From NCBI GenBank assembly GCA_038851755.1, contig JAWCKR010000008.1, positions 1,161-65,160 of the forward strand: 64,000 nt of DNA, in the 5' to 3' direction. Source of the DNA: Candidatus Hadarchaeales archaeon. Lineage in GTDB: Archaea; Hadarchaeota; Hadarchaeia; Hadarchaeales; WYZ-LMO6. The notes under the pieces are model-generated. The model worked only from the letters and a program-made list of their open reading frames with translations. It searched no databases and had not been told where the DNA came from. Position 1 is the stretch's first letter; each line of letters begins with the position of its first letter. Shown here piece after piece: positions 43,877-52,708 of the stretch. A program made the translations under genes and the position numbers.

Positions 43877-45895
43877 CTACCTCCTCCTTACTCTGGTGAA
43901 CACCCTTTTAACCTTGAAGGGGGAGAACTTCTCCCCCCCTCCCTCGTAGAACTTGGAGAAGAACTCCACGTAGTGGAGGCGCATGGTGTGGATGAAAGCC
44001 CCCAGGCTCTGCACGAAGAGGTTGAAGCAGTGGCCCAGGAAGAAGACCAAGATCAGGGCTGCCAGGAGGAGGATGACCAGCACGGGGGAGATACCAGCCA
44101 GGGGAGGGGAAAGACTCCCGTAGACCCACCCCAGGATGTAGTTGATGGCGAAAGCTATGATGCTCGAGGAGATGCAGAGGGCGGTGAGCCTGGTGTAGGA
44201 GGCCGCGTCCGCCACCAGACCCGTGATGCCGTAGGCGAAGTTCACGGAGCTGCCCACCCCAGAGATGGCGGAGCCCGCCGTGAGGGCTGACCCCGCCATC
44301 CCGGTGAGGAGGCCCGAGTAGAAGAGGAGCCTGAAGAGCACGACGACGGTGGGAGCGGGGGAGAGGGGACTGAAGACCTCCACCAGGCTCATCTTGGGGA
44401 AGGCGAAGGAGATGCCGAACTCGGAGAGGCCCACCCCCAGGGAGCTGAGGGCCAGGCCGAAGAAGCCCACCACCATGAGCAGCTGGGGAAGATGCACCAG
44501 GCAAAGCTTCTTCCATTCCCTCCCGAAGGCGTCCTTGAGACAGGCACCACCCATCACTCCCCAGAGGATCTGCAGAATCCCCAGAAAGACCGCCAGCTTG
44601 AGGATGGGGATGGGGTTCTCCAGGGGATCCACCCAAAGGGGCGGGGCCCTGCCGAAGAGTCCTCCGAACCATCCTCCGAGCAGGCAGCCCACGGGTATGG
44701 TGAGGAGGGCACCCACCAGCACGATCTTCCTGAGCCTGGGGGGGAAGACCCTGGCCACCCAGAAGCCCGAGCCCATGACCATGGCCAGGAGGAGGCCGTA
44801 GGCAGCGTCCGAGAGACAGATGGCGAAGAAGAGAGGAAAGGTGAAGGCCAGGTAGGGAGTGGGGTCCACCTCGTCGTACTTGGGTAGGCCGTAGGTCTCC
44901 GTGAGGAGTTCGAAGTTCCTCAAACCGGGGGGGTTCTCCAGCTTCACCGGAGGTTCCTCCCCGGGCTCGTAAGTGCGGAAGAGCAGCTTTCCGGAAGTGA
45001 GGGTGCGCAGCAGGGCCTCCAGTCCTCCCTCCTTCTCCGGCACCCATCCCTCCAGGAGCACCGTGCTCTCGGTGTAGCCCAGAAGAGCGGAGGCCCTCAG
45101 CCTCTCCACATGAATTTCCAGCAGCTCGAGGGTGGAGCTGACCTCCCCCGCCCACTTACCGGCCAGCCTCGCCTTCTCCTCCTCCAGCTTCCCCCTTCTC
45201 CCCTCCAGCTCCGCCAGCTCCCCCTCCAGCCTCTGAAGGGAAACCGAGGGTGCTTCCTCGAGCGGGGGAAGCTCCAGCGGCTCCACCTCGAACCTGTAGA
45301 CGAGGGGAGAGAGCTTCTGCTTCTCCCTCGCCCTGCAGACCACCACCACCGTCCTCCTCTCCCCCTTCCCCACGCTCCCCGCCACCACCCTTTCGCCCAC
45401 AACTTCCCTGACCTCCCTGAAGAAGCCCTCCACCCTGTCCGCCGCCATCTTCCCCACCAGGACATGGACCTCCCCCGTGGAGCGGAGGAGGCTCAGGGGT
45501 AGGTCCAGCTCCTTCAGCTCTTCCAGCAGTTCCCTCCTCCTCAGGAGCTCCTCCCTCCTCTCCTCCACCTCCTCCAGCTGCGACCTGAGGGGCCCCCATT
45601 TCCCCTCCAGCCTGGAGAGGAGCCTCTCCGCCCTTCTGACCACTTCCTCTCTCGTCAGAGGTCTCACGTGGACGGGTCTGGAGGGTGGGCCCAGCACCTC
45701 TTGAAGCTCCCTCAGCCCGCCCAGGAGGGGGGTGAGACGCTGCAGCTCCTCCGCCGGGGTCTTCCTCCCCACCGCCGGCTCGGAGACCTCCCTGATCTGA
45801 ACCACTCCCCTCTCGTGGAGGGCCTCCAGCACCTTCTCCCTGAAGCGGAGGGGGAAGAGGGCCCTGAACCTTCTCATCCTGCAGGGCCTGAGCAT
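43877..45895 (-). CDS. atpI: A1Ao ATP synthase subunit I (a-like stator)
   Basis: 672 aa with a soluble coiled N-terminal half and a polytopic C-terminal half. Confidence 0.9.
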   Translation of the reverse strand: MLRPCRMRRFRALFPLRFREKVLEALHERGVVQIREVSEPAVGRKTPAEELQRLTPLLGGLRELQEVLGPPSRPVHVRPLTREEVVRRAERLLSRLEGKWGPLRSQLEEVEERREELLRRRELLEELKELDLPLSLLRSTGEVHVLVGKMAADRVEGFFREVREVVGERVVAGSVGKGERRTVVVVCRAREKQKLSPLVYRFEVEPLELPPLEEAPSVSLQRLEGELAELEGRRGKLEEEKARLAGKWAGEVSSTLELLEIHVERLRASALLGYTESTVLLEGWVPEKEGGLEALLRTLTSGKLLFRTYEPGEEPPVKLENPPGLRNFELLTETYGLPKYDEVDPTPYLAFTFPLFFAICLSDAAYGLLLAMVMGSGFWVARVFPPRLRKIVLVGALLTIPVGCLLGGWFGGLFGRAPPLWVDPLENPIPILKLAVFLGILQILWGVMGGACLKDAFGREWKKLCLVHLPQLLMVVGFFGLALSSLGVGLSEFGISFAFPKMSLVEVFSPLSPAPTVVVLFRLLFYSGLLTGMAGSALTAGSAISGVGSSVNFAYGITGLVADAASYTRLTALCISSSIIAFAINYILGWVYGSLSPPLAGISPVLVILLLAALILVFFLGHCFNLFVQSLGAFIHTMRLHYVEFFSKFYEGGGEKFSPFKVKRVFTRVRRR

Positions 45896-46204
45896 CTACC
45901 TCACCAGGGCCTTCACCAGCTCCTCCACCGCCTCTTCCATTCTCTGCCTGGCCCTCTTCTCCACCCTTTCCTTTTCCCTCTCCGTCTCCTCCGCCAGCTT
46001 CTCCAGCTCCCGGTCCGCCTTTTCCTCGAATTTCTTCCTGAACTCCTCCCCCTTCCTCCTCGCCTCCTCCCTTATCTCCTCCCTTCTCCTGTTGGCCTTC
46101 CCCTTGGCCTCCTCCATAATCCTGGCGGCTTCCCTCTCCGCCTCTCCCAGGATTTCCCTGGCCTCCTTTTCTGCCTCGAAGACGAGACGCAGATCCTCCT
46201 CCAC
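45896..46204 (-). CDS. atpH: A1Ao ATP synthase subunit H
   Basis: 102-aa E/K/R-rich helical protein with a GTG start. First gene of the cluster. Confidence 0.8.
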   Translation of the reverse strand: MEEDLRLVFEAEKEAREILGEAEREAARIMEEAKGKANRRREEIREEARRKGEEFRKKFEEKADRELEKLAEETEREKERVEKRARQRMEEAVEELVKALVR

Positions 46205-46233
46205 CCGATCGACCTGTAAAGTGGGAAAAGTGG

Positions 46234-46270
46234 TAATAAAAAAGATTCCAGGGGCTGGATTATCCCCTGG
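46234..46270 (-). terminator. hairpin plus oligo-T (terminator of the upstream gene) overlapping a TATA-like box for atpH
   Basis: Minus strand reads CCAGGGG-ATAATCCAG-CCCCTGG AATC TTTTTTATTACC. The T-rich box lies about 30-39 nt upstream of the atpH GTG at 46204. Confidence 0.4.
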
Positions 46271-46303
46271 CCAAAAGGAACCCTGACCAGAGACCCCGGC
46301 CGC

Positions 46304-46564
46304 TTACTCCAGGTGGGTGTCGAAGGCCGTCAGGGTGATGGTCTTCATGACGTTGGGGAGCTTCCTTATGGTGAGCACGGCCTTATCGATCTCTTCGTAG
46401 TTCCCCTCCAGGACGCACACGACATCGTACTCCCCGTGTACGAAGTCCGAGAGCTTCACGTTGGGAACCCTCTCTATCTCCGAAACCACGGAGGCCTCGT
46501 AACCGGGTCTCACCGTGATCAGAACGTAAGCCCTTTTCTTGAAAGCTGCCAATCCTCCGGCCAT
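46304..46564 (-). CDS. stand-alone Lrp/AsnC ligand-binding (RAM) domain protein
   Basis: About 86 aa. AYVLITVRPGYEASVVSEIERVPNVKLSDFVHGEYDVVCVLE is a typical RAM-domain pattern. The ATG at 46564 sits about 25-30 nt downstream of TATA-like GGTTTTAAAGC. Confidence 0.6.
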   Translation of the reverse strand: MAGGLAAFKKRAYVLITVRPGYEASVVSEIERVPNVKLSDFVHGEYDVVCVLEGNYEEIDKAVLTIRKLPNVMKTITLTAFDTHLE

Positions 46565-46723
46565 CGCTTTATAATGGGGTTCCACGCTTTAAAACCATTC
46601 GGAGCGCTCGGCACTCAACATCTTCATCACTCCCTCAGAGCCGTTCTCCTCATCGCGCCCCTCCTCCTTTCACAAAAGGATTAAAATCCCTTCCCCCCAG
46701 GAGGAGAGGCTGGGAGGCGTGTT

Positions 46724-47365
46724 ATGAAGCTGGTGCTCTTCGGTCCCCCCGGGGCGGGGAAGGGAACATACGGGAAGAGGCTCTCGGAGAGGTACGGGAT
46801 ACCCCACATAGCCACGGGGGACCTCATACGCGAGGAGATCAAGAGGGGAACCCCTCTTGGGAAGAGGCTGGGGGAGTACGTGGGGAAAGGGCTCCTGGGG
46901 CCCGAGGAGGAGGTGATCAGCCTCATGAAGGAGAGGCTCTCCCAGCCCGACTGCGCGAGGGGGTTCATCCTGGACGGCTTCCCCCGGACCATCCTCCAGG
47001 CGGAGACCCTGGAGAAGCTCTCCCCACCCGAGCTGGTGCTCAACCTGGACGTGAAGGAGGAGGTGATCGTGAAGAGGCTCTCCACCCGCAGGATCTGCAG
47101 GAAGTGCGGGGCCATCTACAACCTGGTGTCCATGCCCCCCAGGAAACCCGGGGTGTGCGACAGGTGCGGTGGGGAGCTTTACCAGAGGGAGGACGACAGG
47201 CCTGAGGTGATCAGGAGGAGGTTCGAGGAGTACGCCAGACAGACCAAACCCCTGCTGGACTTCTACGCGCGCAGGGGCATCCTCAGGACGGTCTCCTTCG
47301 AGGGAGAAGTGGAGGTGGAGGAGGGCGTGAAGAGGGTGGTGAGGGCGCTGGAAGAAAAAGAGTGA
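46724..47365 (+). CDS. adk: adenylate kinase, long bacterial/eukaryal type with a zinc lid
   Basis: P-loop GPPGAGKGT and lid CRKCGAIYN...CDRCGGELYQRED. 213 aa. Confidence 0.93.
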   Translation: MKLVLFGPPGAGKGTYGKRLSERYGIPHIATGDLIREEIKRGTPLGKRLGEYVGKGLLGPEEEVISLMKERLSQPDCARGFILDGFPRTILQAETLEKLSPPELVLNLDVKEEVIVKRLSTRRICRKCGAIYNLVSMPPRKPGVCDRCGGELYQREDDRPEVIRRRFEEYARQTKPLLDFYARRGILRTVSFEGEVEVEEGVKRVVRALEEKE

Positions 47366-47842
47366 TCACCTCACCCTCACCCTGCCCACCCGCACGTCCA
47401 GGAGGCGGTCGAACTTCAGCTCCTTCTCCCATCCACCCTTCTCCAGCACACCCATGAAGCTGAAGCCCACCACCTTTCCCCCCTCTTCAAGCAGGGAGGG
47501 GAGGAGCCTTTTCACCTCCTCCACCCCGACACCGCTTCCGGGGAGGGCCAGACCACCCATCACCACCAGGATGTCCACCTTTCGGGGCTTGACCCTCCTC
47601 CCGGTCTGGAAACCGTAGGGTGACTTGTACCTCAGCTCCACCACCTTCCCCGGCTCCCTCCCGGGGGCGAAGTAGAAGGAGTCTCCCAGGTCCCTGGAGG
47701 CGTATGCCAGGAGTTCGGCGAAGGGGAGACAGACGGCCTCCGAACCCAGGAAGAGCACCCTCTTCCCAGGGCCAAACTCCTTCATCACCTCCCTGAAGGC
47801 GCGGGTCATCCCCGCTATTCCCCTTCCGACTTCCTCACCCAC
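47366..47842 (-). CDS. hypothetical protein (possibly a DUF2124-like archaeal family)
   Basis: 158-aa ORF with normal codon bias. The family guess is from memory only. Confidence 0.45.
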   Translation of the reverse strand: MGEEVGRGIAGMTRAFREVMKEFGPGKRVLFLGSEAVCLPFAELLAYASRDLGDSFYFAPGREPGKVVELRYKSPYGFQTGRRVKPRKVDILVVMGGLALPGSGVGVEEVKRLLPSLLEEGGKVVGFSFMGVLEKGGWEKELKFDRLLDVRVGRVRVR

Positions 47843-47894
47843 TCCTCCCCTCCGCTCGCCAGCTTAATACCCCTCCGCCCTGAAAAGATACGGA

Positions 47895-47971
47895 GGGCCC
47901 GTGGTCTAGCCTGGATAAGACACAGGCCTGCGGAGCCTGCAACTCGGGTTCGAATCCCGACGGGCCCGCCA
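47895..47971 (+). tRNA. tRNA-Arg (anticodon GCG)
   Basis: Acceptor GGGCCCG/CGGGCCC, anticodon stem CAGGC/GCCTG with loop CTGCGGA, T-loop TTCGAAT, and an encoded CCA. 77 nt. Confidence 0.9.
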
Positions 47972-48015
47972 GACCAAAACGGAAACCTTTTCAGCGGCCC
48001 CGCGGAGAAAAGGAG

Positions 48016-48852
48016 GTGGAGCTGGTCTTCTCGAAGAAGTGCCTGGAGTACGGCGACCCGTACCACCCTGAGAACCCCAGGAGGGTGAGAAAGGCCTACG
48101 AAATCCTGAAGGAGCTGGGGTACGAGTTCGTGGAGCCGGAACCGGCCGGCGAGGAGGACCTCCTGAGGGTACACTCCAAGAGGTACGTGGAGGTCATCAG
48201 GAGCGAGGGCTTTTTCGACCCCGACACCCCCGCTTACCCCGACATCTACGAGTACGCCAGGCTGGCCGCCGGAGGGGCCATCAAGGCTGCGGAGATCCGC
48301 GGCTTCTCCCTCATGCGTCCGCCAGGACACCACGCGGGCAGGAACGGGCTGGCCCTCGGGGCACCCACCCTTGGCTTCTGCTACTTCAACAACATGGCGG
48401 TGGCCGTGAGGAAACTGGGCCTGCCCACCCTCATCGTGGACATAGACGGGCACCACGGCAACGGCACCCAGGAGATCTTCATGGGGGATTCGAAGGTCAG
48501 GTTCCTCTCCCTGCACAGGGGGGGGATTTACCCCGGCACGGGGTGGGAGTCGGGGCCCAACTTCGTGAACATCCCCCTGGACGAGGTGGGGGATGAGAAA
48601 TACCTCAGGTGCCTGGAAAAGGGACTGAGGAAGGTGGGGGCGGAGAAGTGCGAGGTGATAGGAATCTCTGCAGGTTTCGACTCCCACGCCGGGGACCTCT
48701 CCTCCCTGGGCCTCACCTCAGAGGGCTTCCGGAGGATAGGGAAGAAGCTGGCGGAATACGGCAAGCCCGTCTTCGGGGTGCTCGAGGGAGGATACGTCGG
48801 AGAGAACCTGGCCAGGGACCTGCACGCCCTCATCGAGGGACTGGAGGGCTGA
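48016..48852 (+). CDS. histone deacetylase-family protein (short form)
   Basis: 278 aa with a GTG start after AGGAGG. RPPGHHAGRNG and DIDGHHGNGTQ. Confidence 0.85.
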   Translation: MELVFSKKCLEYGDPYHPENPRRVRKAYEILKELGYEFVEPEPAGEEDLLRVHSKRYVEVIRSEGFFDPDTPAYPDIYEYARLAAGGAIKAAEIRGFSLMRPPGHHAGRNGLALGAPTLGFCYFNNMAVAVRKLGLPTLIVDIDGHHGNGTQEIFMGDSKVRFLSLHRGGIYPGTGWESGPNFVNIPLDEVGDEKYLRCLEKGLRKVGAEKCEVIGISAGFDSHAGDLSSLGLTSEGFRRIGKKLAEYGKPVFGVLEGGYVGENLARDLHALIEGLEG

Positions 48853-48856
48853 GACC

Positions 48857-49198
48857 TCAGGAGGCGAGGTGTTCCCTCAGAAGCCTCTCCAGTTTCTTCC
48901 TCCTCTCCTCCAGAACCCTCCTCGCTCCCCTCGCGAACTCACCCCTGTCGAAGGAATAAAAACACGCCTTTCTCCTCCTCTCCGTCCTTCCCACCCTCCT
49001 CCTGAGGAGCCCCATCCTCGAAAGGGACCCCAAATGCTGGCGCAGGGCCCTCTCAGACCTCCCCACCTTCTTCCTGAGGTGGTGGAGGGGGAGCTCCCTT
49101 CCCTCTCTGACCAGCACCATGAGGAGGAGCTGGGCGGTGGGGGGCAGCCCCAGAAGGAGGGAGGCTTCCCTCACAGCCCTCTCTTGCTTCCTGCCCAT
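48857..49198 (-). CDS. winged-helix (ArsR/TrmB-like) transcriptional regulator
   Basis: LLLMVLVREGRELPLHHLRKKVGRSERALRQHLGSLSRMGLLRR is an HTH-plus-wing pattern. I chose the fourth in-frame Met (49198) because the TATA-like box at 49227-49235 is too close to the earlier Mets. The start is uncertain. Confidence 0.6.
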   Translation of the reverse strand: MGRKQERAVREASLLLGLPPTAQLLLMVLVREGRELPLHHLRKKVGRSERALRQHLGSLSRMGLLRRRVGRTERRRKACFYSFDRGEFARGARRVLEERRKKLERLLREHLAS

Positions 49199-49226
49199 CT
49201 TACCCCCTCTACCCATTCTCCCCATG

Positions 49227-49256
49227 CTTTTAAACTCCTCTGCAAAAAATTTTGCA
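49227..49256. promoter_or_regulatory. shared TATA-like box plus inverted repeat (candidate operator) between the regulator and the radical-SAM gene
   Basis: CTTTTAAAC (49227-49235), then TGCAAAA-AA-TTTTGCA (49241-49256) ending 4 nt before the ATG at 49260. Confidence 0.45.
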
Positions 49257-49259
49257 TAG

Positions 49260-50756
49260 ATGCCTGAGATAGTCCTCACCGCCGACCGCAACCTCATGTC
49301 CGACTACGGGGGCTCCATCTTCACGGGCTTCGCCGCCTGCGCCCCCAGGCTCCTGCCCGACCCCCTCTTCCATCTCTTCCTCTGCCCACCCCTCCCCCAC
49401 AGGAAGGGGGTGGCGCTCTTCGCCCCCGCGGGGACCAGGAAGATCGAGGCTGTGCTGCTGGAGGAGGGCTTCGACGTGGTGGTGGGGCACCCCGACCACC
49501 TGGAAGAGGTGGTGGACGAGAAGACCAGGGCGGTGGGAATCACCACCAACGATCCCCTGGGGCTGGGACCGGCCTCCTCCACCTTCAGCAGCCTGGTGGG
49601 TAGGGAGACCTACTCAGCCATCCATTTCAGGGAGCTGATCACCCACCGGGTCCTCAGGAGGGCTAACCTGAGGGTGATCGTGGGCGGACCCGGGGCATGG
49701 CAGCTGGCCGAGAGCAGGTTGATGGCCAAGTACGGGATAGACTGCGTGGTGCTGGGGGAGGGGGAGGTGGTGGCTCCCGAGCTCTTCCGCAGGGCGGTGA
49801 GGGGAGAGTCCCTTCCCCCGCTGGTGGAAGGAGGACCCACCCCCCTGGAGAAGATTCCCTCCATCCGCAACCCCACCGTGAGCGGGATAGTGGAGGTGGC
49901 GAGGGGATGCGGAAGGGGGTGCAGGTTCTGCGTCCCCACCCAGCGCTACCTGCGCTCCCTCCCGCTCGAGAAGATCAAGGAGGAGATGAGGGTGAACGCG
50001 GCGGCCGGCCATCTGGTGATCCACGCGGAGGACGTGCTGAGGTACGGGGCCAGCGGAATTCTGCCGGACGAGCAGAAGGTGGTGGCCCTCTTCCAGGAGG
50101 TGGCCAGAACCGGGATGGACGCCAGCGCCTCCCACGCGGCCTTCGCCTCCGTGGCCTCCTCCCCCTCCCTCGTGCAGAGAATCACGGAGCTCCTGAACAT
50201 AGGGAGCAAGCAGAAGCCATTCTTCGGGGTCCAGATGGGCATAGAGACCGGCTCCCCCTCCCTGATCGAGAGGCACATGAAGGGCAAGGCGCTCCCCTTC
50301 AGACCTGAGGAATGGCCTGAGGTGGTGGTGAGGGCCCACGGTATCCTGGCGGACCAGCACTGGGTCCCCTGCTCCACGCTCGTGATGGGCCTTCCGGGTG
50401 AGACCCAGGAGGATGTGGAAAGGACCAGGGAGCTGGTGGAGAGGCTGGCGGAGTTCAGGTCCCTGATCATCCCCCTCTTCTTCGTTCCCCTGAGTTCCCT
50501 GAGCGGGGAGAAATTCTTCACGGTCAAGGACATGAGGGGGGAGCACTGGAGGCTCTACGCGGCCTGCCTGAGGCACGACTTCAAATGGGTTGGTTCCCTG
50601 GCCAGGGACCACTTCAAGGACAGCAGATTGAGGAGGGTGATGATGAAGGTGCTCACGGGGGTGATGAGGAGAAAGCTGGAGCCCTACCTGAAGCTGATGG
50701 AGGAGGGGGAAAACCCGCTCAGAGGCGGGAGCAGCGCCTCACCACCTCGTCTATGA
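49260..50756 (+). CDS. radical SAM protein with an N-terminal B12-binding-like domain
   Basis: 498 aa. VEVARGCGRGCRFCV is the CX3CX2C motif. The N-terminus VLTADRNLMSDYGG...GFAACAP resembles the archaeal B12-binding/radical-SAM families. Confidence 0.72.
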   Translation: MPEIVLTADRNLMSDYGGSIFTGFAACAPRLLPDPLFHLFLCPPLPHRKGVALFAPAGTRKIEAVLLEEGFDVVVGHPDHLEEVVDEKTRAVGITTNDPLGLGPASSTFSSLVGRETYSAIHFRELITHRVLRRANLRVIVGGPGAWQLAESRLMAKYGIDCVVLGEGEVVAPELFRRAVRGESLPPLVEGGPTPLEKIPSIRNPTVSGIVEVARGCGRGCRFCVPTQRYLRSLPLEKIKEEMRVNAAAGHLVIHAEDVLRYGASGILPDEQKVVALFQEVARTGMDASASHAAFASVASSPSLVQRITELLNIGSKQKPFFGVQMGIETGSPSLIERHMKGKALPFRPEEWPEVVVRAHGILADQHWVPCSTLVMGLPGETQEDVERTRELVERLAEFRSLIIPLFFVPLSSLSGEKFFTVKDMRGEHWRLYAACLRHDFKWVGSLARDHFKDSRLRRVMMKVLTGVMRRKLEPYLKLMEEGENPLRGGSSASPPRL

Positions 50757-51819
50757 GCCTGTAGGAGGCCCCGGTCTTGGAGGGATCGGCGAAGGGGGTC
50801 TGGTTCCAGAGAACGACCACCTCTGCCCCCTTCTCCCGGTAGAGCTTCAGGGTCTCCACCACCTCCTCCGGGGTGCCGTAGACGAAGCTCTCGGCAGTCA
50901 GGTCCGAGGGTATGTGCTGCACCGCCTCCAGTACCCTCTCCGAGAGCTCGGTGAAGATGAAGTCGGCGAAGGGGTTGAAGTCTTCGCCCAGCGGATGCTT
51001 CAGCCCCCTGCGCTCGTAGGCCGAGGGGGGAAGGGTGAGGGCGTAGCCCTTGAGCACTGGGTTCTCCATCATTCCCAGGCACTCCTCCCTGCTTTCGGCT
51101 ATGACCAGGGGAGCGTAGAGGGCCAGCGTTATCTCCGAGGCCTTCCTCCCCGCCCTCTCCGCCGCCTCCCTTATCACCTCCGCCCTCTCCCCGTACTCCT
51201 GAGGACTCATCATCATGGGGAACCAGCCATCCGCCAGCTCACCCACCACCCTCAGCATCCTGGGGCCGTGGGCAGCCACCCAGAGGGGGGGAGGCCTCTC
51301 GCCGTAGGGAAGGAGGTCGAAGGGAGCGTTCTTCAGCTTCCAGAACTTCCCCTCGAAGTCCACGGGCCTTCCCCTTCCCGCCTCCCAGCTGAGCCTTATG
51401 ATCCTCAGGGCCTCCTCGAACTTCGCCACCTGCTTCGAGTACTCCATCCCGTAGGGGGTGTAGTTCATGGCCTCTCCAGTCCCCAGCCCGAAGATGCACC
51501 TCCCCCTCGAGATGTGATCCAGCGTCAGCATGCTCTGGGAGAGCATCACCGGGTTCCTGCGGATGGGATCGGTGACGGCGGTACCTATCCTGATCCTCTC
51601 GGTCCTGGAGGCCACGAAAGCCAGGGCGGCGATGGGATCGTAGAAGTCGTGGGGCGGGAACCAGCCCATGAGGTGATCCGCGTACCAGACGGAGTGGTAG
51701 TCCTTCTCCTCGCAGCTCTTGGCCACCCTCCACACGGTGTCCACCTGAGGACGACCCTTCTCGTCCGTGCGGAAGATGGAGGGGTTGATGGGACCCACCG
51801 TTCCTATTCCCAGTCCCAT
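50719..51819 (-). CDS. LLM-class (luciferase-like) flavin/F420-dependent oxidoreductase
   Basis: 366 aa from MGLGIGTVGP, with SD GGGTGAGAGG upstream. IRIGTAVTDPIRRNPVMLSQSMLTLDHISRGRCIFGLGTGE is the LLM core. The N-terminal 297 codons of the track ORF are antisense to the ADC-family gene and were rejected. Confidence 0.82.
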   Translation of the reverse strand: MGLGIGTVGPINPSIFRTDEKGRPQVDTVWRVAKSCEEKDYHSVWYADHLMGWFPPHDFYDPIAALAFVASRTERIRIGTAVTDPIRRNPVMLSQSMLTLDHISRGRCIFGLGTGEAMNYTPYGMEYSKQVAKFEEALRIIRLSWEAGRGRPVDFEGKFWKLKNAPFDLLPYGERPPPLWVAAHGPRMLRVVGELADGWFPMMMSPQEYGERAEVIREAAERAGRKASEITLALYAPLVIAESREECLGMMENPVLKGYALTLPPSAYERRGLKHPLGEDFNPFADFIFTELSERVLEAVQHIPSDLTAESFVYGTPEEVVETLKLYREKGAEVVVLWNQTPFADPSKTGASYRLIDEVVRRCSRL

Positions 51820-51852
51820 CCTCTCACCCGCCTCCTCCCTTGGTCTGAGGGG

Positions 51853-51862
51853 GATATATATC
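51853..51862. promoter_or_regulatory. palindromic TATA-like box GATATATATC in a 60-nt divergent intergenic region
   Basis: Lies 18-27 nt upstream of the ATG at 51880 (plus strand) and 34-43 nt upstream of the ATG at 51819 (minus strand). Confidence 0.45.
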
Positions 51863-51879
51863 TCTCCATCGAAAAGGTG

Positions 51880-52704
51880 ATGTTGAAGTTCTACCTCGAA
51901 GACCACGAGCTCTCCGAGCTGGCCGGCAGCCTGGGGGTGAGGGCCACCTTCTTCGACGCGGAGATGGCGGTGGTCTTCTTCAGGACCGATCCGGAGGTCT
52001 GCCGTAAGGTCTTGCCCCCTCCCCTGAACCCCGCACCCGAGGCCCTGGCCATGGCCTTCCTCGCCAGGTACCCCAGGACCAACTTCGGGAGCGTGTACAA
52101 CGAGGCCACCCTGGCCCTGGTGGCTGAGCACGGGGGGGAGCTGGGAGGGTACATCCTCACCATGCCCGTGACGGAGGACATGGCCTGCATCCTGGGAAGG
52201 GAGGTCTTCGGCTTCCCCAAGAAGCTCGCGGACGAGATCTCCCTCTCGAGAACGGCGGAAGGCGTGAGGGGGAGGTACGTCAGGAAAGGGGTGGAGCTCA
52301 TGAGCCTCTCCATGCCCTTCGAGGAGGAGGTGGAGGGAAGGGAACTGGTGGAGAGGCTTGGCGCCATGACCTCTCAGCCCCCGGCCGAGGAGTGGAGGGC
52401 CGTCTCCTACAACTTCAAGTACTTCCTCTCCCCGGAGCTCTCCGGCTTCGACTACCGCCCCAGGCTGGTGAAGCAGACCACCCTCTTCAGACCGCTGGGC
52501 AGGGTGAAGCTCTCCTACCGCTTCGACCTGCGGCTCCGCTCCTCTCCCACCGACCCCCTGGGGGAGATCCCTGTGCTGGAGCCCCTCTTCGGCTTCTACG
52601 GAACCTTCCAGAACACCATGGAGGCGGGTGAGGTGGTGGCGGAGGTGGAGGAGTCGGACTTCATGCGCTACGCCTTCTTCAAGATAGACCACCTCCCGCG
52701 CTGA
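51880..52704 (+). CDS. acetoacetate decarboxylase (ADC) family protein
   Basis: 274 aa. FRTDPEVCRKVLPPPL...NFGSVYNEATLAL...ILGREVFGFPKK is the ADC-family pattern. Confidence 0.75.
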   Translation: MLKFYLEDHELSELAGSLGVRATFFDAEMAVVFFRTDPEVCRKVLPPPLNPAPEALAMAFLARYPRTNFGSVYNEATLALVAEHGGELGGYILTMPVTEDMACILGREVFGFPKKLADEISLSRTAEGVRGRYVRKGVELMSLSMPFEEEVEGRELVERLGAMTSQPPAEEWRAVSYNFKYFLSPELSGFDYRPRLVKQTTLFRPLGRVKLSYRFDLRLRSSPTDPLGEIPVLEPLFGFYGTFQNTMEAGEVVAEVEESDFMRYAFFKIDHLPR

Positions 52705-52708
52705 CACC

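Noticed and set aside
50636-50700. C/D-box sRNA-like pattern (GTGATGATGA ... TGATGA ... CTGA)
   Set aside because: It lies inside the radical-SAM coding frame, lacks a D' box at proper spacing, and has no terminal stem. The box-like strings arise from Val-Met-Met-Lys / Val-Met-Arg codons.
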